A stretch of 64,000 nt of DNA from the NCBI GenBank assembly GCA_964016885.1, contig OZ024740.1, positions 284,332,001 to 284,396,000 of the forward strand, in the 5' to 3' direction. Source of the DNA: Eledone cirrhosa (Eukaryota). Below, piece after piece: positions 26,146 to 39,558 of this stretch. The stretch's first letter is position 1, and every line of letters starts with the position of its first letter. Under the pieces are notes generated by a model. The model worked only from the letters and a program-made list of their open reading frames with translations. It did no database searches and was not told the DNA's origin. The translations under genes were made by a program, and so were the position numbers.

Positions 26146-28490
26146 TCATCATCATCATCATCATCATTTAACGTCCATCTTCCACGCTAGCATGGGTCTG
26201 GACGGGAATTTTCCCACTTGAGGCAAGATTGGTTGTCTTGCTCGTATAGGACTGTCTGGCGTGTTTTCTACGGCTGGATGCTCTTCCTAACACCAACCAT
26301 GTTTACAGTGTAGACTGGGAGGTTTTTACCGTGTTACCTATATGGCCACATTACAGCGTGGACTGTGTGTTTTTTTGTCGTGACACCTACACGGCCTCAT
26401 TTATTTCGGACTGGATGTTGTGGTACCAACATAACTTTACATTGAAAGGGGTGGTGTGGATGGGGTGGGGGTAGTGGGACGGGGGTGTATTTTTGTTAGA
26501 GGTGCCTACTGACTGTAGGTTTCGCTTTGTACTTAGGCAAGGCGGGTCTTCTGTGTTACTGTGTAGTGCCAAAGATCTCAGTCCAGTGACAAGGTCTTGG
26601 AGAGGTGTAAGTGTGTGAGGTCGGAATTTATCAAGTTGTCCCAGGTTTTTCTGGGTCTGCCTACTCTGTGGCTACCGTCTATTTTTATTGCCCTGCACTT
26701 TTTTATAGAGCTGTCGTCTTTCATGCACATCACGTGACTGTACCAACATAGTCTTCTCTCGAGTAAACAACATCTGATCCCTCTTATTCCTAATTTCTAC
26801 CTTAGTTCATTTATGCTTTGCCGTTCACGTATATTACTATTACACATCCAGCGGAGCATGCAAGCTTCGTTCCTCTCCAGTCTGCGTATATCCACTGCAC
26901 ACAATGCCCAAGTCTCACTGCTATGTAACATTGCTGTTCGTATGCAGGCATCATACAGCCTGCCTTTCATTTTTAGAGAGAACCCTTTAGCGGCCAATAG
27001 TGGTATAAGCTCTCTGAAGGTGTCCACTATTTCTATAGAACCATCTGTGCAATGGAATGAGCTACTATTCTGTGGGCACTTGCTGCTACTTATTGTACCT
27101 GAGCACCGGTCACATATAAAATCTATATTCTTAGTTAGCTTACCTGTGATCCCACTACAACTTTTATACACCCATACTTTGCATTTGGGACATAAAATGG
27201 AGTTTCTGCCTATACCTTTCCTACACACTGAGCATGGCCATTTCCCAGATGGGACCGGTGCCCTATTTTCCTTCCTACAAACTAGAACTTTAGTCTTAGC
27301 CAGGTTAATTTTAAGGCCTTTTGATCTAGGCCATGCTTCCATGTTTGGAATTTCTTCTCTAGTTCAGCCATTGATTCAGCTATGAGCGTTAGATCATCTG
27401 CATATAGAAGTTCCCATGGGCAGCCGGTCTTGAACTCCTCTGTTACAGCCTGAAGGGCAATAGTAAATAGTAGGGGGCTAAGAATGGAGCCCTGATGAAC
27501 ACCAACTTTTATGCTAAACTCTTCACTATATTCGTTGTTAATTCTAACCTTGCTGACTGTTTCTTTATACATGGCTTGTATAGCTCTCACAAGCCATTCA
27601 TCAACACCTAGTTTTCTAAGAGCCCACCAGATAATGGAGTGGGGGTCTCTGTCAAAGGCTTTCTCCAAGTCAACAAAAGCTAAGTATAGGGGTTTACTTT
27701 TAGCTAGGTACTTCTCCTGTAGTTGTCGTACAATGAAAAGAGCGTCTGTGGTACTTTTACCTGACACAAACCCGAACTGCATTTCATCTAGATCAATTCG
27801 CTCTCTGATTAGTTGAGCTATTACTTTTTCTGTGACCTTCATGACCTGGTCGATTAATTTAATGCCTCTATAGTTACCCCTATCTAGGGCATCTCCTTTA
27901 TCCTTGTAGCAGTTAATGATGATGCTGCTACGCCAGTCCTTCGGAGCGACCCCATTCTGTAAGACTTGGTTTACTATCCGGGTGACCATAGTGTGTCCCA
28001 CCGTTCCAGATGCTTTCAGCATTTCAGCAACTATTTCCGAAGGCCCAGCGGCCTTATCCGTCTTCATATCTTTGATTGCCTTACTTATTATACTACCTTC
28101 GACTAACACTGCTGGTCCCTCTATTGGGTCGATGTGGGGGAGACTGTCTTTCTCCCATTTATTCTCCTCATTTAGTAGCCTTTCGTAGTGACACTTCCAA
28201 GCTACCTTCTTATCAGCGTCAGTAATGGCAAGTACACCATTATCATTAAGGACACACTTCTCCCCGACAATATCATGGTTTTCCTTGACACATTGCCTAG
28301 CAATCCTGAACACCTCACGTTGTTGGTCCTCACTTTGTAGAACATGCTTGAACTTTCTTTCCTCTGCTTCCCTTCTTGTGAAGTACACTTGTCTCCTAGC
28401 TTCCCTCCTGGCCACTTGATAGTCTTCTCTACTTTCCCCCATCCCGCCATACGTTCCAAGCCTGCTTTTTGGCCTTAATTGACTCCTCAT
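26146..28490 (-). mobile_element. RTE LINE, 5'-truncated and frameshifted, with full RT domain
   Basis: ORF 27282-28505 (NYRGIKL, QFGF, FVDLEKAFD, GVHQGS, YADD) and ORF 26797-27342; 3'UTR and (CAT)n. Confidence 0.95.
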
Positions 28491-28711
28491 ATGAGTTGGT
28501 ATCAAAAAGTTTCTGGACTCACAAATGGCAACACGCAGTTGTGTTCACTTCGCAAGTCGTGAAATTTGTGTTTTTGTGGTCACATGTATGTTGTAGCTAG
28601 CGATTTTCTCATGAACAGGTAGTTAAAACAAAGAGCCAACATGAAATTTTGGGTTCAACTTGGGAAGTCTGCTATAACTAGTCTGGGAACTTTTTGATAT
28701 CACCTCGTGTA
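28490..28711 (+). mobile_element. mariner-derived MITE
   Basis: Inverted termini GAGTTGGTATCAAAAAGTTTCTGGACT / AGTCTGGGAACTTTTTGATATCACCTC; internal QRANMKFWVQLGKSA resembles a mariner N-terminus. Confidence 0.8.
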
Positions 28712-29244
28712 TATATATCTCGGCTGCTATTTATAACTGTCGATCACCCTATACATGCCACTGGAATGATGCTAGCATGTTGTTAGTAGTTTTAGAATTG
28801 CAACACGTGCAATGGGTCACTCTCAGATTTGCATTTGATGTGTAAACACGGATAGTTAAATCTTCTCCCTTGCTGAAGATCCGGAATTTGACTACTGTGA
28901 CTTTATGGATTAATAGTGAAATATATTTCTTTAATGAAATATATACAAGGAAGATTAATCATTTTTTAAAGGGTAATATTTGAAGCTCTAGTTAAACTTT
29001 AATTAGTTACCTACCTAGCTATGTGTGATTACACACTTTACAAATTATCCCCTGTGATTGTTTCATGTGTTTATTTTAAACATATATATATGTCAATCAA
29101 TTTCTAGTTGATATAAAATGCTCGGATCTATTCATTGGAATCTTTGAGCTTATTCTACGGTGGATATGGCGCATGTCTCGGACATGACTCCCTTAATTTA
29201 ATTTAGTTAAATTAATTTTGGATATGTATATATATATATATTCT

Positions 29245-29810
29245 CATCATCATCATCATTTTAATGTCTGCTTTCCCTGCTAGCAAGGGTTGGACAGGTC
29301 TACATAGGCCAAGTCAATACTGATGCAGTGACTACTGATCTCCCAGACAAGCCAGGGATCTGTCATCTTATTTATGTACAGTCTCACATTCTACCGAGTA
29401 CACAGGGGAGGTTGTCATGTCTTTGATACAACTGAGGGTCCTCCTAACCCTTTGTTTGGAAAACTTTCTACAGATGGAGACCCTTCCTATCACCAACCAC
29501 TTTGCAGCATATACTGGAAAACATTCTGCTGTTAACAGCAGTAATAGATTTTTAAACTTCTTCCAGCCTGTCCTTATCCTAGCTATCACACTTTCAGCCC
29601 CCCCTGCTAATTTGAAAACTGAGGTAGTGAAAGCTGTTAACAACTTCTATGGAGACCCCCACTGGCAACTGAGGTATCTATTTCACATATGCTTTTTGTG
29701 TTCACTTCCCTGTACATCTGGCACATGTACAGTCTATCTTTTCTGTTAGCCTACCTGCAATCTCACTACATCTCTTGTGCATCCATAGTTTACAGTGAGT
29801 GCACCTTATG
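29245..29810 (-). pseudogene. degenerate RTE fragment
   Basis: GGAESVIARIRTGWKKFKNLLLLL, remnants of the Cys finger, (CAT)n tail. Confidence 0.8.
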
Positions 29811-30279
29811 GATATGCAATTTCAATTAATTCTTCAGCTGCTTAGCACTCAGCTTTTATTACCAATATGAACACTGATAATATGCTAGTTATTTAGATAC
29901 TACTCTAAATGATAAGGTATATAAGCCTATTAATTACGTATTTCCTAGTAATTGTTTAAATGTAATACATACCTCCTGATGGGGACTCAGATACGACTGA
30001 AAATTTATTAAAAGTGTTTATCATTTTTTAATTTACAGGTAAATACGTATATTTGACATATTTACATGTCTTTATACTAAAAATATGTAAATTTATATAC
30101 ACATTTATGCGGTCTCAGTTACCTCTATATTATATAAATACAGATAAAACTTTATTATATGTTTGTATGTGTGTATATATATATATACTGGTGTTAGGAA
30201 GGGCATCCAACCAGTGTATCAATGCCAAAAAGCTTATCAGCACAGCAACAAAACAGCATAGAAAAAAATATGATGATGA

Positions 30280-30328
<49 letters not shown>

Positions 30329-30330
<2 letters not shown>

Positions 30331-30724
30331 TCATCATCATCATCATCACCGTTTTACGTCCGTTCTTCCACGCTAGCATGGGTTAGACGGGTTGTCCTGT
30401 TGTGGGCAGTGTCTGGTCGGCTGACCATGCCTTGCTCATACAGGAACTGATCTGGCTTGATTTCTACAGCTGGATGCCCTTCCTAACACCAACCTCATTT
30501 ACAGTGAGTGCTGGGTGCTTTTTCGTGGCGCCTACACGTCCACTTTACAGTGTGGGCTGGGTGCTTTTTTGCCGTGGCACCTCCACGACCACCTTGCGGG
30601 GGGGGGGGGGGCATATTGTTTATATGCTTCAGCATGTACCCATGGGAGGTCGGGTACCCTGTATTACTGCGTGACGCCAGAAGTCACGGTCGTGTGTCAT
30701 TGACTTTGAGAGGTGTAGTTGGGT
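30329..30724 (-). mobile_element. 3' end of the young RTE subfamily
   Basis: Near-identical reverse complement of about 36590-36987. Confidence 0.92.
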
Positions 30725-30812
30725 ACATATATATATATATATAGAAAAGAATGAAATGAAATTTCATTTCTCACTCTTAGTACGGCTGATAGTACGTGTA
30801 CATACTTATATT

Positions 30813-30865
<53 letters not shown>

Positions 30866-30869
30866 ATTA

Positions 30870-31050
30870 TTGGAGTATCAGTAGAAGATCGGACACCATG
30901 TTTTGCAGCATAATAAAGTTATGCCCTTTACGGGCTAAGTTCAAATCCCGCCGAGGTTAACTTTGCTTTTCATCCTATGGGGTCGATAAAATAAAGTACC
31001 AGTAATGCACTGGAATAATTGCTGGCCTTGTGCCAAAACTAGAAACATTT
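30870..31050 (+). mobile_element. SINE family A
   Basis: GTTCAAATCCCGCCGAGGTTAACTTTGC..GGGTCGATAAAATAAAGTACC. Confidence 0.8.
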
Positions 31051-31158
31051 GTTGTTATTATTACACTCTGCTTTGTACTATAACTCTATACTTGCTGGAA
31101 GCTATGCATTGAGTGCTCTCTGGTGAACCTACAGTAACTGGATGTTACAATCCCTAGA

Positions 31159-31198
<40 letters not shown>

Positions 31199-31205
31199 TA
31201 TACAT

Positions 31206-31263
<58 letters not shown>

Positions 31264-32484
31264 ATGTATGTGTGTGTGTGTGTAAGTACTTCATTCTAAG
31301 GAGCCTTACTATGCTTCTCTGCAAAAAATAACCAGAATTTACTCGCACACAAAGAGAAAAAGGGTGACAGAGAAAGAGAGAGAGAGAGAGAGAAAGAGAG
31401 GGAGAGAGAAAGAGATAGAGACAGTGAGTGACCTCAATTATTTGAACGAGATAGGCATGGGGTATCTTGTAACAAGTTACTGCATCCCTATCTGAACTGG
31501 ATAGGCATGGGGTATCTTGTAACAAAATAATCCATCCTTATGTCATTCGGATACCTGATCTGATCATAAACAATAGAATCCATATTGAACCTAATCATGC
31601 AAAAATCATGTTTACAGAGCTGTTATTCAATCAATAAAGTGTTGTGTAATATTTTATCCCTTTACACACCGATACATATACTGTAAAAGCTTGCTTTTTT
31701 TAAAATTCAATTGACAATGGTGTTCACTTTCTCTTCACAGACATGGTAGCAGGAACAATCATGATTATAATATAATTGTAACTGACATGCACTCAAAATT
31801 TGTAGAGTGAATTAAGACATCACTAATTGTGCCATGTTTTCACACCCTTTAATGTGTCAATCATTTTTATGTTAAAATTATTTTAAAACTGTTTAAAATG
31901 ACTATGATGAAACTAACAGACCAACTGGCATGCAGTGTTTTTTATATCATCATCATCATCATTTAATGTCCATTTTCCACATTTGAATGGGTTAGATGGG
32001 TTGTCACATTATGTGACAAGCCAGGTCAGATGGCCCACATGTTGCTCATATGGATGTGTATTTTGGCTTGGTTTCTGCAGCTGGATGCCTTTCCAAACAC
32101 AAACCACATTACAGTGTGGACTGGGAGATTTTTTTTTTTGTCATGTCATGTCATGTCACCAGCACAACCATACAGCCATATATATATATATATATATATA
32201 TCGATCGACTTTCGTCAAATCGGACAGAAGAAACAATGTTTCCATTCATCTTTCCAATTGCTAATACTATCTATCAGTCCCAACTCCAGGTAGAAGGAGC
32301 AGCATGAAATAAAGTGTCTTGCTCAAGGATATAACGCATCATTCAATCTGGGAATCGAACTCGCAACCTCACGATTACGAATCCACTTCTCTAACCACTC
32401 AGCCACGCACCTATATATAAACAAAAGATGCAATTGCCACACTAATGTCGGTAACAATGTTTTATCCTCTTCAGTAATTTCAAT

Positions 32485-33175
32485 CCACTGGTAGATTTCC
32501 AGAATTTGTAGAATATTGGATATAAAGCCATTGCAGTATTTGTTCTGGCTCTTTACATTCTGAGTTCAAATCCCATTAAAGTCAACTTTGCCTTTCAACC
32601 TGCCAGGTTCATCATCATCATCATCATCATTTAAAATCTATCTTCCACACTAGCATGGGTTAGACGGGAATTGTCCCACGTGAGGTAAGATTGATCAGGT
32701 GACCATGTCTCGCTTGTATAGGACTGTTTCTGGCAGGTTTTCTACGGCTGGATGTTCTTCCTAACACCAACCGCATTTACAGTGTGGATTGGGTACCCTT
32801 TTACCGTGTCTCCTACACAGCGTGGACTGGGTGTTTTTTGTTGTGACACCTACACAACCTCTTAATAAAATACCAGTGAAGTACTGGGATTGATTTAACC
32901 CTTTAGCATTCACATTACTCTATATATACTATTATATTTTCATGCTAAAGGCTTTACCTCACATAATATCTCACATGATATCGAATCTATGAGATTTTGA
33001 AAGTATTTATTTTGAGAACAATACCTTAACATCAGTTTGAGCGACCAGTTACAGCAGTTTCAACAGAAAGAAGTAGAGAATTCTGGCCGGTTTGGGCCGG
33101 TTTGAACATTAAAGGGTTAATCAACTTTTCCCTTCTCCCAAATTTACTGGCCTTGTGTCTATATTAGAAATCAGT
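32485..33175 (+). mobile_element. family A-like SINE interrupted by an RTE tail (about 32610-32862, minus) and a piggyBac-like MITE (32895-33120)
   Basis: SINE sequence resumes after each insert; the MITE is bounded by TTAA-CCCTTTA/TAAAGGG-TTAA. Confidence 0.75.
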
Positions 33176-33995
33176 CATTATAAACAAAAAAATGATATGG
33201 TAATACTGCTATTATTCTTGAGTTCATGTTACACACAGTATGGTGGAATAAAATGGTTAAGAGGTTCAGTTTGTAATCATTAGGTCCCAGGTTCAATACC
33301 ACTGTATGGCATCTGAGACAAGTGTCATTTACCATAGACTCAAGACAACCTATGTCTTGTGAGTGAAATTGGGCTGATGGAAAGTGTTTGGAAGCCAGTC
33401 AGATAAGCTGTACCTGTAATTCAAAAGGCCAGTCATAGTGAATCTCCCAAAGAATTACATTAAAGGTATACATTGAATACTCATTCACTTACATGTTAAT
33501 TTCATGAGCAGGCTGACCCATTGATTGCACAATTGGAACACTCATCAAACAGAAGAAGCTTCATTGTTGTCTTCATGACAATAAAAATTTACAATGCCTT
33601 GAGCTTATGTTTGGATAATCTGAAACTCAAATAATTGATGTTGGGATCACTGAGGTTTTATTTTATCATCATCATTGTTCTTACATCTGATTTTCCATGC
33701 TTGCATGTCTTGGACAAAAGTTTTTGAAGCAGTTTTTCTAAAGCTAGTTGTCCTTCCTGATGCCATACTTGATTTTAAGTATGGCATACATTACGTATAC
33801 ATTCATATTCATAAATACATTTATTGTTATATTTGGGGAGGGTCATATTGCTATAATATTGCCAGAAATAATAATAAAACACACTCACTGTTTGGTTTGG
33901 ATTGGTTTTCGCTTCTGTATCTTTTATATCTCCATAGTTAATTTATCTGGCAATCAATGTTTACCATTGATTGACCAACGGTTAAAAATACAGAT

Positions 33996-34054
<59 letters not shown>

Positions 34055-34711
34055 GTCTATCAAAGTTCTTTCGTCACACATCTATGACATCATCAGTGGT
34101 ACTATTATGTTTCTCCCCGTTGTATTGTAATGTCTACGCCAATTTTTTACATAATACATTTACACACAGATATTTGACATATGAGCATCTCAACACAGAA
34201 AATAACTGTAACAACAGTTGATCACTATAAATAATAATTGATAAAATCCGGTAAAATACCCCTGATGATGGAAAAAGGTATACAGAGGTGCCTGCTATCC
34301 ACTTTTTTCCATCTCCAGAGGTACTCTACCCAATTTTGTTGTTCAGAAATTAATGAGAGTTGTATGTTTTTATTTGTTTCAACATTTTTTAAGGACAGAA
34401 ACTCCTACAAGATATCTAAGATTCTGTATCATTTTAAAGCTTATTTTATGTTTTCTTTCTTTCTGTGGAATCTATTTTTAATATAAATTGCATTTTTGTC
34501 AATTTTCCGATCTTTGATATTAAGATGGCAAAACAAGATTTTTGACAAATTTATTTGTGCATTGGGACACTCATATTTGAAATTCACTGAATGTTTCATT
34601 AATTCAAAAAGTGTGTGTATGTGTGTGTGTATATATATATATACTTAAGGTAAATATTGATGCAATTCAATTCAAGCACTCAACGTACTTTTCCACATAG
34701 AAGTGACGGAG

Positions 34712-35287
34712 TGCCACTAACAGGGTGGCTAGCTGTAAGCTGTAACCGTGTCATATTATAGGGCTGAATGGGGTCTTGTTTGGTTGAGCGGGGGACCAGC
34801 CTAGAAGAATTTCGTGGAACTCTGCGGTAGTTGATGGTCAACTTCCTTCAGACTTGCGCCTGCGCAGACCGGTGGTGGTGAATTGGGACCAACAAGGGAA
34901 TGGGTGAAGAACTCAAGAGCACACGCTTTGTCCGTTCCCATGTCGATTCAATTTGGATTGCCTCGAAAACATAACTTAATTATGTAACAAGCTGTCTGAT
35001 GATGTCACGGCACTGGGCGCACCAAACCGTGTGGCCACTGTTGTCATTGAAATATGTATCACAGCATTATTATTAAAGGACTTGGATTGGCAGTATCGGT
35101 AGAGGGTCGGACGCCATGCTTTGCAGCACAGTTACGTCCCTTTATGGACTGAGTTCAAATCCCGCCGAGGTTGACTTTGCCTTTCATCCTTACGGGGTCG
35201 ATAAAATAAAGTACCAGTAATACACTGGGATAATTTCTGGCCTTGTGCCAAAAGTAGAAACAATTCGCTTTCTTATTCGATATATAC
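34712..35287 (+). repeat. LTR-like direct repeat copy 1 (HHR at 34991-35065; family A SINE inserted at about 35083-35265)
   Basis: Closely matches 37950-38357. Confidence 0.85.
34991..35065 (+). ncRNA. type I hammerhead ribozyme motif
   Basis: GCTGT-CTGATGA-(long stem II region)-GAAA-TATGTA-TC-ACAGC; perfect 5-bp stem I and AUC cleavage triplet. Confidence 0.75.
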
Positions 35288-35290
35288 TCC

Positions 35291-36987
35291 GTCACTGAAA
35301 GAGTTATAGCACAGCTGATTAGGGACCGGGTGAATATAGACGAGATGCAATTTGGGTTTGTACCAGGGAAAGGCACCACTGATGCCCTCTTCCTTGTGAG
35401 GCAATTACAGGAAAAGTACCTAGCTAAAAGTAAGCCACTCTACTTGGCATTTGTCGACCTTGAGAAAGCCTTTGACAGAGTTCCACGTGCAGTAATCTGG
35501 TGGGCTCTTAGAAAACTAGGAGTAGATGAATGGCTTGTGAAAGCGGTACAAGCCATGTATAGGGGAGCAGTCAGCAAAGTTAGGATTGGCAATGAGTATA
35601 GCGAGGAATTTAGCGTACAGGTTGGGGTCCACCAGGGCTCTGTTCTTAGCCCTCTCCTGTTCATCATAGTCCTGCAGGCAATAACGGAGGAGTTTAAGAC
35701 CGGATGCCCATGGGAACTCCTGTATGCTGATGACCTCGCACTCATAGCTGAATCTATGGTAGAACTAGAGAATAAATTCCAAACCTGGAAGCAGGGACTA
35801 GAGAGAAAGGGCCTCAAAGTCAACATGACAAAGACTAAGGTCCTTGTAAGTAGACGAGAAAACAGAACCCAGATCCCCTCAGGGAAATGGCCTTGCTCAG
35901 TATGTAGGAAAGGTGTAGGTAGAAACTCCATTCTCTGCCCCAAATGCAAACAATGGGTACACAAGAGATGTAGCGGGATCTCAGGAAGCTTAATTAAGAA
36001 TGTAGGATTCACATGCAGCAGCTGTGCTGAAACAGAAAGCAAACAGCCACAGGAAACAAGTACCACCAATCTCTGGGAGGGCCCTGTAGAAACAGTAGAC
36101 AGCTTCTGCTACCTAGGTGACCGAATTAGCAACGGAGGTGGGTGCTCAGAAAGTACAATAACTAGGGTAAGAACGGGATGGAAGAAGTTTAGGGAACTAC
36201 TACCACTGCTAGCTGCAAAAGGCTTCTCCCTCAGAATGAAAGGCAGACTGTATGATGCGTGTATCCGAACAGCGATGTTGCATGGTAGTGAGACCTGGGC
36301 GCTGAAGGTGGAAGACTTACGTAGATTAGAGAGAAACGAAGCCTGCATGCTCCGATGGATGTGTAACAGTAATATACGTGAACGACAAAGCATAAAGGAA
36401 TTGAGAGAGAGACTGAGCATAAGAGGAATCAAATGCTGCGTGCAGGAGAGGCGGTTACGCTGGTATGGACATGTGATGCGTATGAAGGATGACAGCTGCA
36501 TAAAAAGGTGCAGAGCACTAGAAGTTGATGGAAACCGCGGAGTGGGGAGACCCAAGATGACTTGGGATGAGGTGATAAAAGCCGACCTTACCCAACTACA
36601 CCTCTCAAAGTCAATGACACACGACCGTGACTTCTGGCGTCACGCAGTAATACAGGGTACCCGACCTCCCATGGGTACATGCTGAAGCATATAAACAATA
36701 TGCCCCCCCCCCCTCCACCGCAAGGTGGCCGTGGAGGTGCCACGGCAAAAAAAAGCACCCAGCCCACACTGTAAAGTGGACGTGTAGGCGCCACGAAAAA
36801 GCACCCAGCACTCACTGTAAATGAGGTTGGTGTTAGGAAGGGCATCCAGCTGTAGAAATCAAGCCAGATCAGTTCCTGTATGAGCAAGGCATGGTCAGCC
36901 GACCAGACACTGCCCACAACAGGACAACCCGTCTAACCCATGCTAGCGTGGAAGAACGGACGTAAAACGGTGATGATGATGATGATG
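35291..36987 (+). mobile_element. young 5'-truncated RTE LINE with an uninterrupted 451-aa RT-to-C-terminus frame
   Basis: ORF 35330-36685 (QFGF, FVDLEKAFDRV, GVHQGSVLSP, YADD, C4HC3 finger, YLG, RWYGHV); (GAT)n tail; ACTG at both junctions. Confidence 0.95.
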
Positions 36988-37949
36988 ACTGCTATGTGGA
37001 AAAAGTATGTTGAGTGCTTGAATTGAATTGCATCAATGTTTACCTTAAGAATTTAGCTCCCAAACGTTGAGCACTCTTGTAACCGATATAGTGGAGAAGA
37101 GAGGAACCAGCCATCAGCTACACCCAGAAATTCCCTCTACCATGGGGATGGACTACACACACTGGAAATCCCTGATACTGGATGGACATAAAATTATAAA
37201 CTAACTTTCGACAGGATAAATACGCGGAAATAAAAACAATGATAAACTCCTATTTTCCTGCAGCAAATTACATCTGCACAGAGGCCTTGAACAGAAGCCC
37301 CCTCACTTTACCAGATAACAAACCTTTATATGGACAAATTGACAATCATCTTATACCCTCATTTCCATGCAGTTTACCTTCTTTGCATATGTTTCTCATA
37401 TATATCTCCTATCTCATTTTAAATATGTATCTCCTATCTCATTTTACATCTATGTATTTCATGTATTTTTTGTATTTTTTGTGTATGTTATACCTTGCAT
37501 TTTGGTTTTGTTCCATGTGATAGAGATATTAATTATGTATTCGCCTAACTATTACGTTTCATACTGTAATTTACCCTCCGTTCTACTGTACGGTACTATC
37601 GTTCAATATGTAGATAATATATCTGTAAGATTGATCCTACTTTCAAAACTTCTTATTATAACTTAAACATCTCCCTATTTATTAGTTATCATATGTACAT
37701 ATATTTTTTACTTACTTCAATCTAGATTCTAACTTGTAATTTTTTTAATTTTTGATTTTTGATTTTTAATTTTTAGTTTTAATTTCCAACTCTCATTTAT
37801 AATTTCCACTGTGAAACCTTAATACCTAAAAATAATTATATATTCTCTTAGCGGCTGATGGTCAATTCTACTGTCCATGCTTAATTTAGGGGTAGTAGTG
37901 GGACCTATTGATACTCATACTCTCCCACCCCCACTAGCTTTCGGCCGAC

Positions 37950-38357
37950 TGCCACTAACAGGGTGGCTAGCTGTAAGCTGTAACCGTGTCATATTACAGG
38001 CCTAGATGGGGTCATTGTTTGGTTGTGAGGGGGACCTGCCTAGAAGAATTTCGTGGAACTCTGCGGTAGTTGATGGTCAACTTCCTTCGGACTAGCGCCT
38101 GCGCAGACCGGTGGAGGTGAATTGGAACTTACAAGTGAACGGGCGAGGAACTCAAGAGCACACGCTTTGTTCGTTCCCATGTCGATTTGGATTGCCTCGG
38201 AAACATAACCTTATTATGTAACAAGCTGTCTGATGATGTCACGGCACTGGGCGCACCGAACCGTGTGGCCACTGTTGTCATTGAAATATGTATCACAGCG
38301 TTATTATTAAAGGACTTTAACATCTGAAATTACTTTGCTTTCTTATTCGATATATAT
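37950..38357 (+). repeat. LTR-like direct repeat copy 2 (HHR at 38225-38299), ending in (TA)n
   Basis: Matches 34712-35287 without the SINE. Confidence 0.85.
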
Positions 38358-38383
38358 ATATATATATTTTTATCTATATTTTA

Positions 38384-38478
<95 letters not shown>

Positions 38479-39514
38479 AGGATTACGAGTTTTAAACTAG
38501 TAAGACTATTTCCAGCAGAAGATTTGATACTTGGGTTAGTAGAGTGTAAATTTGCTGTTGAAACAGCAAAATCTCAGACGTTGGGCCCTGACTCTCTAAT
38601 ATATATATATATATATGGCAGTTAAGACAAGATGGGTGTAGGATGGATGTGCATGGCCACCAGTATATCACAATGATTGCATAAGCACCTGATGAAGTCA
38701 CATGAATAACCATGTAACAGGAAACAATTTTGGTGATTTAATCCCGTCTTAACTACTATTACTTGATAAATGAATACTCCGTCACTCATTATCACCTATC
38801 TGGGATAAACTATTGACGTGTAGTGCTTTGGATAGCTAGGACCTGCTTAGCATCAGGAAGTTACTACGTAACAACTAAGATAAACAACACTCTTGTGTAA
38901 CTATATATATATACCCACACATTGATATAATTTTTTGCTATACAAAGCATATGGGCTCCTTTTACATGAGAAGCTTTTAAAGTTAACTCAATTATGCCAC
39001 TATTTTATGAACCACAGTCATTCCCCATCAGAACTAAGAGGTATTAAATTTTATACAAAAAAGCATGTAGCCTGGCACACTACTATTTTTGTCCATTTTC
39101 ACTGCTCCGGGTACTCTACTGATTAAAAAATTCTGTTGAACAGATGCTGTCAAGCTAAAAGTTGTTTTCAAGCTGTATAAATAATTCAAATAGATTTGTC
39201 ATGTGCATTATCAATAAATACATACACAAATGGAAAATTAGAGGTATAAAAAGAAGTTATTATAAGTAGTACTTCCCCTAAGGGACAAAAAGAGGAATTA
39301 TAAAGATTAATTATAACATTCTTTGATTGAAATTATTGCTATGGAATCACTCATACTCACACGCAGTGTATATATATGCTAGCGTGGAAGAACGGACGTA
39401 AAACGGTGATGATGATGATGATGATGATATATATTCAATCTAAAAATTTAAGTGTATGAAATCCTCATATCCACAATCATAAAAATACAACACATTTTTT
39501 AAATCATATAAGTG

Positions 39515-39557
<43 letters not shown>

Positions 39558-39558
<1 letters not shown>

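Noticed and set aside
35440-36555. Long antisense ORFs over RTE copies (also 23297-24238 and 26813-27385)
   Set aside because: Shadow frames of the RT ORF with no independent motifs
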